Origin: Armatimonadota bacterium
GTDB taxonomy: Bacteria > Armatimonadota > Hebobacteria > CAIYQO01
Direction: 5' to 3'
NCBI GenBank assembly: GCA_038248345.1
Contig: JBBRXO010000001.1
Location: 70,946-134,945 of the forward strand
Length of the DNA stretch: 64,000 bases
A program made the position numbers and the translations under genes. Below the pieces are notes generated by a model. That model worked only from the letters and a program-made list of their open reading frames with translations, was not told the origin of the DNA and searched no databases. Positions within the stretch are counted from its first letter, which is position 1; each line of letters opens with the position of its first letter. Below, piece after piece: positions 28,123-37,660 of the stretch.

Positions 28123-29547
28123 CTAAGGCGCGGGGCGAGGCTTAAATACGGCAATCCATGCTTCGCACCAGCCGACATTATCGGCATAATCTATCCCCCC
28201 CACACCGGAAGTGGTGTCATTTAATGACAATTTTATGGTGCTGCCGGGGGTAGCTGTAGCAGGTATTAACCAAGATGCTCGACTCGCTAAATATTTTAAC
28301 TGATTCGTATCAATGCTGGCGGCATTTACATCACCAATATACCCTATCAACTGGCAGTGAGGTTTATTGGCAAAAAGCATTGATGCCCCGAATGATGTCT
28401 CCACCGGGTCGCCATCCGCGGTGAACAATATCTTTCCTTGTTCATTAAACAAAAGCGCATACTTTTGATTAGCAGTGAACACTGTTGGATCTAATATTTT
28501 ATCATTAGCCTTCCACGCCCATTTAGCGTTAGCTACTACCATCACATAATCACCGGGATTCACCGCCACTCCGGTGTCATAAAATCCGTATCCCGTGGGG
28601 GTGGATTGTGCGCTACTTGAGAGATCAGTATCTGCTGTGAATTTCCGGTACATTACCTGCACCAGTGGCATGGAGGTAGCAGCATTATTCCCCAGTGAAT
28701 CGCCGAAGGAAGCCATCGTATCCGCCTTGGCGCTGAAGGGTTCTCTATTGATGCGCCAGTCAATGGCTGGGCGCGGAGTTGCCGGTGGTCGGCGTCCAAT
28801 AAACCCGGAATCGGAGGCATTAGAGCGTACTGGATGCAACATTAAGGCCTCGCCCCCAACTGTCACCGCGGGGACAGTCTCTGGATAGCCTGAGCCCTCA
28901 ATGTGATTCAAACACATCGTAATGATAGTATTCGACGGGGCACGGTAGTTCCACAATCCCTGATAGAGACCACGCGGAATATTAAACGGCTGACCATTCT
29001 TCTGCTCAATTAAGCCTAAATTCCATTTACAGTCTTTATTCGCAAGGTCATAGGAATCAAAGGAAGGATCAACCACACGCGGATCGCCAAAGAAATAGTT
29101 TGCCGCCTCCACCGTGGTTACTGGGAAAGGGAGACCAGAATAGGTGGTGACATAGCCAAATCTATTATAGCCATACTGATAGGTGGAATCTGTCTGGTCG
29201 CGGCTTATGTCGGTGCGACCTAATCGTTCTGGGTAGGTATCGCGGGTACACCATAGGCTACTTTCCGCAATGCTTATCGCAGAGATATTCAACCCGGTGA
29301 CGCCTCCCCGCGGTATTCCACGCAAGCCAACTCCGCCTGGCATATTGGGATACGCGTTATAATCCTGATGGTAAATCATCACACCCTGGGCAATAACACG
29401 CATATTGTGTATGCAGGAGTTACGCACTGCTTGCTCTTTCACTCTGCTGAAGACAGGGAAAATCATCGCCATCAGTATGGCGATGATGGCAACGACCACA
29501 ATCATCTCTATCAGCGTGAAACCTTTAATAGATCGATACGACATCAT
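28123..29547 (-). CDS. prepilin-type N-terminal cleavage/methylation (DUF1559-like) protein with a C-terminal LecA/PA-IL-like domain
   Basis: GFTLIEMIVVVAIIAILMAMIFPVFSRVKE...CIHNMR; C-terminal DTGV-V-PGD, LIGYIG, LND, YADNVG. Confidence 0.82.
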   Translation of the reverse strand: MMSYRSIKGFTLIEMIVVVAIIAILMAMIFPVFSRVKEQAVRNSCIHNMRVIAQGVMIYHQDYNAYPNMPGGVGLRGIPRGGVTGLNISAISIAESSLWCTRDTYPERLGRTDISRDQTDSTYQYGYNRFGYVTTYSGLPFPVTTVEAANYFFGDPRVVDPSFDSYDLANKDCKWNLGLIEQKNGQPFNIPRGLYQGLWNYRAPSNTIITMCLNHIEGSGYPETVPAVTVGGEALMLHPVRSNASDSGFIGRRPPATPRPAIDWRINREPFSAKADTMASFGDSLGNNAATSMPLVQVMYRKFTADTDLSSSAQSTPTGYGFYDTGVAVNPGDYVMVVANAKWAWKANDKILDPTVFTANQKYALLFNEQGKILFTADGDPVETSFGASMLFANKPHCQLIGYIGDVNAASIDTNQLKYLASRASWLIPATATPGSTIKLSLNDTTSGVGGIDYADNVGWCEAWIAVFKPRPAP

Positions 29548-29654
29548 CCCCCCACCCAGCTTGCTAGCAGGTATGTGAAATTATTATACCACAAAGGGGA
29601 TGATGTTAAGCAGAACAGGTGCTCAATTTCGTCCTTATTGAACGATGAACGTTA

Positions 29655-30140
29655 CTACATCGCGTAGGGCAGGCGTTCGGATTTATCAATATCTTCCATC
29701 ATATCCCCATCGATTTTATAATCTTTCAGCACGAAGTGTGTGGTTGTGCTGAGCACGCTATCAAGAGAAGCGAGTTTGGTAGTGACGAAGCGGGCGATAT
29801 CGCGCAGGTCTTTGCCTTTCACCACCACGTGCAGATCGTAGCTGCCGCTGAGCAGGTAAAGCGAATGTACCTCCGGAAAACCCATGATACGCTCGGCGAT
29901 CTGGTCGAAACCCACCTCGCGTTGCGGGGTCACCTTGACCTCAATAAAACTGAAGGTGGTGTCGTGATCATCCACCTTCTCCCAATTGATTACCGCCTTG
30001 TATTTGCGGATCACACCTTTTGCCTCGGCATCAATGACGAATGCGCGCACCTGCTCCACCGGCTTGCCGCTCCGCTCCGCCAACTGCTCCGCCGTCAACC
30101 GGCCATCCAGTTCTAACATCCGCAAAATATCATTCATCAT
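29655..30140 (-). CDS. Lrp/AsnC-family transcriptional regulator
   Basis: ILRMLELDGR HTH, GVIRKY, PEV-SLYLLSGSYDL. Confidence 0.92.
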   Translation of the reverse strand: MMNDILRMLELDGRLTAEQLAERSGKPVEQVRAFVIDAEAKGVIRKYKAVINWEKVDDHDTTFSFIEVKVTPQREVGFDQIAERIMGFPEVHSLYLLSGSYDLHVVVKGKDLRDIARFVTTKLASLDSVLSTTTHFVLKDYKIDGDMMEDIDKSERLPYAM

Positions 30141-30167
30141 CTAATACCTCAGCAGTAATTGTAACCG

Positions 30168-30196
30168 TTGCACCCGTGGGTAGCAAGCGGTATGAT
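30168..30196 (+). promoter_or_regulatory. sigma70-type promoter TTGCAC-N17-TATGAT, probably leaderless xerC
   Basis: The -10 box ends 6 nt before the ATG at 30203; no SD sequence. Confidence 0.6.
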
Positions 30197-30202
30197 AACT
30201 CT

Positions 30203-31114
30203 ATGGCACATGAAATTGATGAATATCTGGAATATCTACTGGAAGTTAAGCGCTCCTCGCCGCATACGGTCAAAGCTTATGCCGAAGACCTACACCATTT
30301 CACCACCTGGCTGGCCAACGACGGCAAGGATGATCTGCGAGCGATAAGCGTATCCGACGTGCGGCTGTATCTGGCTGGCCTGATGACTGCCGGACTGGCG
30401 CGTACCAGCATGGGGCGGCATCTGTCAGCCTTACGCGGGGTATTCCGCTACCTCGTCAGCCGCAAATATCGCGATGATGACCCTACCACGGGAGTACGTG
30501 CTCCGAAACTACCCGAACGGTTGCCGCATTTTCTGGAGGAAGATGAAATGGGCGATTTGCTGCATGCGCCCGACCTGTCCACCCCACTTGGGCAGCGTGA
30601 TCGGGCGATATTAGAGACGCTCTACGCCTCCGGGATGCGCGTGAGTGAGCTGGTGGGTCTCGATCTGCACGATATTGATATTGCCGACACCACCGCCGGG
30701 TTGGCGGCGCTGCGCATCACCGGCAAAGGGCGTAAGCAGCGCATCGTGGTCCTGGGGGAGGAAGCGGTAGCGTCGTTGACGGCCTATCGGGAAAGCGGAC
30801 GCCCCATGCTGGCGGTAAAGAGCGCGCCGGACACATCAAACGCATTATTCCTCAATCAGTCAGGCGGACGCCTGACGGCACGCAGCGTGGCACGCATGTT
30901 ACATAAATATGTCATACTCACCTGCGCGCGGCGCGGCATCAGCCCGCACGCATTGCGCCACACCTTCGCCACCCACCTGCTCAATCACGGCGCTGACCTT
31001 CGCACGGTACAGCAGTTACTAGGCCACGTCTCCCTCGCCAGCACCGAGATCTACACCCACGTCTCCGCCCGCCGCCTGCGCGAGGTATATGAGCTGGCGC
31101 ACCCGCGAGCATAG
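30203..31114 (+). CDS. xerC: tyrosine recombinase XerC
   Basis: SPHTVKAY, RDRAILETLYASGMRVSEL, GKGRKQR, SPHALRHTFATHLL, LLGH, TEIYTH, C-terminal AHPRA. Confidence 0.9.
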   Translation: MAHEIDEYLEYLLEVKRSSPHTVKAYAEDLHHFTTWLANDGKDDLRAISVSDVRLYLAGLMTAGLARTSMGRHLSALRGVFRYLVSRKYRDDDPTTGVRAPKLPERLPHFLEEDEMGDLLHAPDLSTPLGQRDRAILETLYASGMRVSELVGLDLHDIDIADTTAGLAALRITGKGRKQRIVVLGEEAVASLTAYRESGRPMLAVKSAPDTSNALFLNQSGGRLTARSVARMLHKYVILTCARRGISPHALRHTFATHLLNHGADLRTVQQLLGHVSLASTEIYTHVSARRLREVYELAHPRA

Positions 31115-31263
31115 GTTTTTTCTTCTCGTACCCCCTACCCAAAAATTGCGATAAAAGGCATAATAGTACATACACGTATTCATGGCATCGCTAAATTACA
31201 TCCAGGACGATAATACTAAAAATGCTAATATTTTTTGATTTTTTACTAAAGCTTGTCACACCC

Positions 31264-32478
31264 ATGCCGATTCGCACCGACAGGACTTTGACGAAAATCC
31301 CCTACGTTACCTATTCGTTACTGATTATCAATATACTCGTACACCTCTTCACATTGAGTCTAAGTGAGGTGCAGCTGCAATCATTCCATCACGCGTGGGG
31401 GTTTATTCCTAACGAATCGAACTTCGTCACTCTTTTTGCACACTCTTTCCTGCATGGCGGCCTTATGCACCTGGTAGGCAACATGTTACTGCTGTGGATC
31501 GTCGGCACAGTGCTAGAATCCGGTATCGGTAGCATCCTGTTTTTAATGCTTTACGCCGCCAGCACCATTGCTGCAGCATTGCTTAACGCCGTGATTACGC
31601 AAATATTCGTCCCCAGTGAAATGGGAATCGTGCTTATCGGTGCCTCTGGTGCTATCTCCGGGGTGCTGGGATATGCTACTTTCCGCTACTACCATCTGCG
31701 GGTTATGACTATTTTGTTGGCTTTTGGCTTGATACCTATTTGGTTTTTCTGGTTCCCTTTCTGGACCTATGGCGCATATTTTGTTGTCACCAACATCATC
31801 TCCGGGGTGAGTGCTTTACTTGACCCCAATAATTCCGGCAGCGTTGCCTATTGGGCACATATCGGCGGTTTCGGTATTGGAATGCTAGCAGCATTGTTGC
31901 TCAAATCCGGCGATGATGGAAAACGGGAAAATATCATCGAAAACTCCGCCCGGGTGGCCAATCGCGGCGAGCGCACTTACAGCTCCATCCAGGAAGTCTG
32001 GGATCAGCTGAAGAAGAACCCCACTGATCCAGAATTACTGGAAGCATTGGCGGGGCTGCTGCTGGTGGAGGGGCAACTAGAGCAAAGCCGCGATTACTAT
32101 CTGCGCGCGGTGACAGAGTTCCAGGCGCAGCGCCAGCCAGATAGGGCTGCGATAAGCTATCTGAATGTACTGCACAATTTCCCCACCACCGCACTGCCAT
32201 TGCGCGACCAGATGAATGTGGCGGCAGCACTGGAACGCAGCGGTCATTTCGCCGAATCCGCACAAGCTTATTCGCTGGTGTCACATATCTACCCAGACAC
32301 CGATGAAGCGCAGAACTCTATGCTCCGCACCGCCGCCCTCTATTCGCGTTACTTCCATGACGATGAACAAGCGAAGACGATCCTGCAGGAACTAATCCGC
32401 TGCTACCCCAACTCCACCTGGTGCGACATGGCCAAAGACCGCTTGAGAAGTTTCGAAAAGCGGATGGGGCTGAAATAG
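31264..32478 (+). CDS. rhomboid intramembrane serine protease with C-terminal TPR/BamD-like repeats
   Basis: FLHGGLMHLVGNM, GASG, AHIGG; C-terminal helical repeats (YPDT, YPNS). Confidence 0.9.
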   Translation: MPIRTDRTLTKIPYVTYSLLIINILVHLFTLSLSEVQLQSFHHAWGFIPNESNFVTLFAHSFLHGGLMHLVGNMLLLWIVGTVLESGIGSILFLMLYAASTIAAALLNAVITQIFVPSEMGIVLIGASGAISGVLGYATFRYYHLRVMTILLAFGLIPIWFFWFPFWTYGAYFVVTNIISGVSALLDPNNSGSVAYWAHIGGFGIGMLAALLLKSGDDGKRENIIENSARVANRGERTYSSIQEVWDQLKKNPTDPELLEALAGLLLVEGQLEQSRDYYLRAVTEFQAQRQPDRAAISYLNVLHNFPTTALPLRDQMNVAAALERSGHFAESAQAYSLVSHIYPDTDEAQNSMLRTAALYSRYFHDDEQAKTILQELIRCYPNSTWCDMAKDRLRSFEKRMGLK

Positions 32479-32483
32479 TTGTA

Positions 32484-32580
32484 AGTTCCAAGTTCCAAAT
32501 TCCAGATTCCAAGTATGATCTAATGACAAGTAAGCATCGGAATCATACTTGGAACTTGGAATTTGAAACTTGGAACTATT
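32484..32580. repeat. inverted pair of heptamer arrays (AAGTTCC-like x4 ... TTGGAAC-like x4) between convergent genes
   Basis: Read directly; the arms are mutually complementary. Confidence 0.85.
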
Positions 32581-34878
32581 TTATTTCCCCACAGCCTTTT
32601 TGATCCCCGCCAGGATGCGGTTCACGTTGGGCTGGAATTCCTCTTCCAGGGTGGCGGCCATGGGCGGCGGGCAGTCGTAGGCGGCGACTATCTGCGCGGG
32701 GCCTTTGAAGTACTCGAAGCCGATCTCCTGCATGCGTGCCACAATGTGCTCGGCGAAGCAGCCGGTCTTGGGTGCCTGGTTGACGCAGAGCAGGTGGCCA
32801 GTCTTCTTGATGGAGTTGAGCACGGTTTCCTCGTCCATGGGGATGAGCGTGCGCAGGTCGATCACCTCGCAACTGATTCCCTGCTCGGCGGCCATTTCGG
32901 CAGCTTGCTGCGCCACTATTATCGGCATGGAGTAGCCAACTATCGTGACATCGGTGCCTTCGCGGCGGATGGCGGCCTTGCCCAGCGGGATCAGGTACTC
33001 TTCTTCGGGGCAGACGCCCTTCATGGTGTAGATGCTCTGGTGCTCGATGAAGATAATAGGGTTGTTGTCGCGGATGGCGGTCTTCAGCAGGCCCTTCACG
33101 TCATAGGCGGTGCTGGGCGCTACTACCTTGAGGCCCGGGATCATAGTGCAGACGGCCTCCAGGCTTTGGCTGTGCTGGCCGGCGTAGCCCTTGCCCCCGC
33201 CCACGGTGGTGCGTACCACCATCGGCAGTTCAGCTTTGCCGCCGAACATGTAGCGGTTCTTTGCCGCCTGGTTGCCTATCTGATCCATCGACATCAGGAT
33301 AAAGTCGATGTACATAAGCTCGCAAACCGGACGCAGGCCGGTGACCGCCGCGCCCACCGCGGTGCCGATGATGGTCTGCTCGGATATCGGCGTATTGAAG
33401 CAACGCTCGCGCCCGAAGATGTCGATGATGCCGCGCGTCACCTGGAAGGCGCCGCCGTAGTCAGCCACGTCCTCACCGTAGAGGATGACGCGGCGGTCGT
33501 TGAGCATCTCTTCCGTTAACGCCTCGGCCACCGCCTGGCGCACGAAGATCATACCTTCTTTGTCGCGGCGCACTTTGCGCGGCTCTTTCGCCAGTTCGGT
33601 TTTGAATTTCGGCTCGATCTCAATGCAGGTGTTGGGGGAGTACAGCCCCTCCAGCATGGTGCTGGGGTCAGGGTCGGTGCCCTCCACAGCTGCCTTCACA
33701 CCGGCGGCACGCACACGTTCGCGCACTTCCGTCATTATGGCGTCCAGCTCTTCGCTGGTGGCCACTCCGGCCTCGGCCAACCGGTCAACATAGCGGTCAA
33801 TTGCATCTTGCGCCTTCCAGCAACCTTCCTCTTCCTTGGTGCGGTAGGTGTCGCGCAGGTCGCTCAGGGAGTGTCCGTAGTAACGGTAGGTCTCGCATTC
33901 GATGAATACCGGGCCTTCGCCATTGCGACACAGCTCCACTGCCCGCCCAATTGCCTCGCGTACTGCAATCACGTCCATGCCATTTACCACTTCCGCATGC
34001 ATGTTGTTGCGCGAGTAGCCCACGGCGCGCTGTGCCAGGTGGTCGATGCCAGTTACTTCTTTGTCCTGCTGGCCGGTCATGCCGTACTGGTTATTCTCTA
34101 CCAGGAAGATTACCGGGCAACCTTCGGAGAACTGATCCATGGCGGCGAAGTTCATCGCCTCGCCGGAGATGCCGTTGTTCACCGCGCCGTCGCCCACAAA
34201 GCAGATGGTAACTTCGCCGGTGCCCAGCTTCTGCGAGGACATGGCCGCACCTACCGCTATGGCGAAGGAGCCGCCGACGATGGCGTTGGCGCCCAGGTGG
34301 CCGACATTGAAGTCGGCGATGTGCATCCCGCCGCCACGGCCCCGGCAATATCCCTCTTCCTTGCCGAAGAGCTCGGCGAAGGTCTTAAAGAGATGCAGAT
34401 CAATAGCGCGCTCCAGCACCTGCTCACGTGTCTCGCTCTGGGCGGCAGTGTAGATTTCGGCAGGAGCGGCGGATTTCTCCATCCAACTCAGCAACTCGGT
34501 CTTATCCATCTCCAACAGTGCGAAATAGGCTTTGGCGATGCCGTGCCCATGCCCACGGTGGGTGGAGGTGATGTAATCGCACCGATGAATAGTGCTCAAC
34601 GCGCCTGCCGGCACCGCCTCTTGTCCGATGGACAAGTGGCTGGCTCCCACAAACTGGAATCCCTCCATCGGCACCCATGTGCCAGCCTTGGAGTCAACGA
34701 TGCACTCCTCAAAGGAGCGAATCATCTTCATCAATTTCAACAGCTCCAACGCCTCCGCTTGGGAGAGCTTGCCCGCCGCAATCTCGGCTCCCAGAGTGCT
34801 CTGGAATTGAAATCGGGGGATCGGCTGGAAGGTGAGTTCACCAGGGGTGAAATCCGGCAGCACGGCACATTCTTTCAT
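32581..34878 (-). CDS. fused E1 alpha/beta TPP-dependent dehydrogenase
   Basis: Alpha: HLSIGQEA, HRGHGH, GDGAVNNG...ENN, YGHS. Beta: GEDVADYGG, NTPISE, GQHSQ, IFIEH, EVIDLRTL. Confidence 0.93.
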   Translation of the reverse strand: MKECAVLPDFTPGELTFQPIPRFQFQSTLGAEIAAGKLSQAEALELLKLMKMIRSFEECIVDSKAGTWVPMEGFQFVGASHLSIGQEAVPAGALSTIHRCDYITSTHRGHGHGIAKAYFALLEMDKTELLSWMEKSAAPAEIYTAAQSETREQVLERAIDLHLFKTFAELFGKEEGYCRGRGGGMHIADFNVGHLGANAIVGGSFAIAVGAAMSSQKLGTGEVTICFVGDGAVNNGISGEAMNFAAMDQFSEGCPVIFLVENNQYGMTGQQDKEVTGIDHLAQRAVGYSRNNMHAEVVNGMDVIAVREAIGRAVELCRNGEGPVFIECETYRYYGHSLSDLRDTYRTKEEEGCWKAQDAIDRYVDRLAEAGVATSEELDAIMTEVRERVRAAGVKAAVEGTDPDPSTMLEGLYSPNTCIEIEPKFKTELAKEPRKVRRDKEGMIFVRQAVAEALTEEMLNDRRVILYGEDVADYGGAFQVTRGIIDIFGRERCFNTPISEQTIIGTAVGAAVTGLRPVCELMYIDFILMSMDQIGNQAAKNRYMFGGKAELPMVVRTTVGGGKGYAGQHSQSLEAVCTMIPGLKVVAPSTAYDVKGLLKTAIRDNNPIIFIEHQSIYTMKGVCPEEEYLIPLGKAAIRREGTDVTIVGYSMPIIVAQQAAEMAAEQGISCEVIDLRTLIPMDEETVLNSIKKTGHLLCVNQAPKTGCFAEHIVARMQEIGFEYFKGPAQIVAAYDCPPPMAATLEEEFQPNVNRILAGIKKAVGK

Positions 34879-34931
34879 CAGTTATAACCTCAAAGTCGAT
34901 ATTGTGCACCAATAATGGCACACTAAAATGA

Positions 34932-34960
34932 ATTATAAACGACGAAACGCGCAAAGTCAA
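34932..34960 (-). promoter_or_regulatory. sigma70 promoter TTGACT-N17-TATAAT
   Basis: Near-perfect consensus upstream of the fused E1 gene. Confidence 0.75.
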
Positions 34961-35058
34961 TCATAAACGCGCATGAATGAGCAGGTGTAGGTTTTTTTTA
35001 ATTTGAACCACGAAGACACGAAGAGAGGTATAAGATTTTCGTAAAGGCCGGTAGGGTA

Positions 35059-35220
35059 CGTAGCATGGGCGTCCCGCCCATGAAAACGAGCAGAAAAGGA
35101 AGTTATTATTGAATCGAATGATAGCGCCCTTCAGGGTGCTTGCCGTTGTTAGCCACGTCCTTCAGGGCGTGGCGCCAGGAATCGCAATCCCGTTTACATG
35201 GGCGGTACGCCCATGCTACG
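35059..35220. mobile_element. REPIN/MITE-like element, copy A
   Basis: Arms CGTAGCATGGGCGTCCCGCCCATG / CATGGGCGGTACGCCCATGCTACG; interior similar to inverted copy B. Confidence 0.8.
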
Positions 35221-35323
35221 AAGGGGTTATTCCTCTACCAATTAAATTCTAAAATATTGGCAGGACTCCCCCTACCAGACCACGAAATAGTGAAGACAAC
35301 GACATATTAAATAGGAGCGAACA

Positions 35324-37288
35324 ATGAGCAAAGAATCAAAATACCCGGCGCGCAAACGGCGGGCGGAAAGTTTTCTGGGAATCCATTTTGACTTCCACGC
35401 GGGAATGGATTGTACCGAGATCGGTAAGACGATAACCCCGGCGATGATTGAGCGTATTATTGACCTGGTGGGGCCGGATTATCTGCAATGCGATTGCAAG
35501 GGGCATCCCGGCATCTCCAGTTACCCGACAAAGGTGGGGAATCCAGCGCCAGGATTTGTGCAGGATAGCTTGCGAATATGGCGTGATGTCACCGCAAAAC
35601 GGGGGGTGGCATTGTTCATGCATTACTCGGGAGTAATAGATGCCGAAGCGGTCACCCGACATCCGTCCTGGGCACGGGTGAACGAGAAGGGAAAGCGCGA
35701 TAAAACCGTCACCAGCGTCTTCGGCCCCTATGTCGATGATCTTTTAATCCCACAATTGAAAGAGCTCAGTGATGTCTACGATGTCGATGGCGTCTGGCTG
35801 GATGGCGAATGCTGGGGCACCGAACCCGATTATGGCAAGCAGGTACTCGCGGCCTTTCAAAAGAAAACAGGCATCACCACCATACCACGCAAAAAAGATG
35901 ACCCGTACTTTTTTGAATTCCTGGAATTCTGCCGCGAGGGTTTCCGGCAATATATGCGCCACTATATTGATGAGATGCACCGGCATAATCCTAACTTTCA
36001 AATCGCCAGTAATTGGAGCTACACCTCATTCATGCCGGAGCCGATCACTGCTGATGTTGATTTCCTCTCGGGCGATTATCCCATGCAGGACAGTGTGAAT
36101 TGTGCCCGTTTTGAAGGGCGTTGCCTGGTTAACCGGGGGAAGCCGTGGGACTTGATGGCGTGGGCATTTAGTAGTAAATGGGAAGACATGGCACGTAGCA
36201 CCAAGACAGTGCCGCAACTGCAGCAGGAAGCGGCAGTTGTGCTGGCGCTGGGCGGCGGCTTTCAGGCATATTTTCAACAAAAACGTGATGGGGCAATCTT
36301 CGAATGGCCGATGCAACTGATGGCGGAAGTGGCGAAGTTCTGCCGCGCACGTCAACTATTCTGTCATCAAGCGCAACCCGTGCCGCAGATCGGGCTACTC
36401 TACTCAAGTTACGCCTACTACCGCAAATCCAAGCGATTATTCGGGCCCTGGGATGGTGAGGCCGTCCCCACTACCGGTGTGCTCAACGCGCTGCTGGATG
36501 GACAGAACTCCGTAGAAATCGTGCTGGAATACCAATTGGCTGACGGAAACCTCCGTAACTATCCTCTCATCGTTATCCCCGAGTGGGAGGAGCTGGAGCC
36601 GAAGTTCCACCATCAGCTGCTGGATTACGTGCGGGACGGCGGCAATCTCTTGCTCATCGGGGCAAAAACCTCGGCGTTATTTGCCAAAGAACTGGATGTT
36701 ACATTGCAGGGCGAACCGGAGGAGGTCGAACGGTATCTGGCACACAATGATTGGATGGCCGCGTTGACTGGACAGGTGCAATCGGTTACTCCCGGCACCA
36801 AAGCGCGTCCATTCTGTATGCTGCACAATGCGAATGAACCCAGCAGCCCAGGGGTGGTCGCTGCAACTATCACTCCTTACGGTCGCGGCACGATTGCGGG
36901 CGTCTTCATGGATATGGGGAAACGATATCGCCAGTCGCGCACCACCGTGGTTCGTGACTTCCTCAATGACCTGGTTCGCCAGCTCTTCCCGCACCCCATG
37001 GTAGATGTCCGCGGGTCTCATAGCGTCGACGTGGTCGTCAACCGTATCAATGGTACATTGGCCGTCAACCTGATCAACACCGCCGGCTCGCACCATGACC
37101 CATCAATATATACTTATGACGATATCCCTACCCTCGGTCCGCTGGAAATTACTATCCGCACCGAAAAGGCGCCGAAAAAAGTCACTCAGCAGCCGGAAGA
37201 CAAGGCCCTACCGTATACCTATAAGAACGGAGAAATTCACTTGACCCTGCCGGAATCAGCAATACATACGATTATCGTAGTGGAGTAA
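35324..37288 (+). CDS. putative glycoside hydrolase (GH151/GHL6 alpha-L-fucosidase-like) with a beta-galactosidase trimerisation-like domain
   Basis: GIHFDFH, CKGHPG-SSYPTKVG, DGVWLD, YVRDGGNLL. Confidence 0.7.
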   Translation: MSKESKYPARKRRAESFLGIHFDFHAGMDCTEIGKTITPAMIERIIDLVGPDYLQCDCKGHPGISSYPTKVGNPAPGFVQDSLRIWRDVTAKRGVALFMHYSGVIDAEAVTRHPSWARVNEKGKRDKTVTSVFGPYVDDLLIPQLKELSDVYDVDGVWLDGECWGTEPDYGKQVLAAFQKKTGITTIPRKKDDPYFFEFLEFCREGFRQYMRHYIDEMHRHNPNFQIASNWSYTSFMPEPITADVDFLSGDYPMQDSVNCARFEGRCLVNRGKPWDLMAWAFSSKWEDMARSTKTVPQLQQEAAVVLALGGGFQAYFQQKRDGAIFEWPMQLMAEVAKFCRARQLFCHQAQPVPQIGLLYSSYAYYRKSKRLFGPWDGEAVPTTGVLNALLDGQNSVEIVLEYQLADGNLRNYPLIVIPEWEELEPKFHHQLLDYVRDGGNLLLIGAKTSALFAKELDVTLQGEPEEVERYLAHNDWMAALTGQVQSVTPGTKARPFCMLHNANEPSSPGVVAATITPYGRGTIAGVFMDMGKRYRQSRTTVVRDFLNDLVRQLFPHPMVDVRGSHSVDVVVNRINGTLAVNLINTAGSHHDPSIYTYDDIPTLGPLEITIRTEKAPKKVTQQPEDKALPYTYKNGEIHLTLPESAIHTIIVVE

Positions 37289-37297
37289 GCACTATGC

Positions 37298-37342
37298 CAG
37301 CGGTGACTATCTCCTGGAAATCAGTGATATTAGTCACCGCTG
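37298..37342 (+). terminator. stem-loop after the GH gene
   Basis: CAGCGGTGACTA...TAGTCACCGCTG. Confidence 0.6.
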
Positions 37343-37461
37343 CCTGCTAGTACTTGGTGCAGGCGGTATTGTAAAGGGTTATAATTACGGTGTTGACATT
37401 CACAGTCCCTTCAGGGCAATATTCTGAGCAACTTGTAGAGAACAGTTACGCGTTATGGGTT

Positions 37462-37627
37462 ATCGTGGCATGGGCGTCCCGCCCATGAGAACGGCGTTGC
37501 GACCCTTCACCACTGCAAGTACCCCTGTTCGACAGGTTCGCAGCCTTCAGAATGAACGCTATTATTCGGTCTGATAATAACCACCTCTATCTGCCCGTTC
37601 TCATGGGCGGGACGCCCATGCCACGAT
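37462..37627. mobile_element. REPIN/MITE-like element, copy B
   Basis: 33-bp terminal inverted repeat ATCGTGGCATGGGCGTCCCGCCCATGAGAACGG. Confidence 0.85.
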
Positions 37628-37660
37628 TGCTTGCAGTGCAGATAATTGGCGAAGCCAACG

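Noticed and set aside
30203..31114. Phage or island integrase
   Set aside because: XerC-like size and AHPRA C-terminus; no att repeats, tRNA or phage genes seen
32563..34887. Long plus-strand ORFs 32563..33519 and 33808..34887
   Set aside because: Antisense shadows of the GC3-rich fused E1 gene
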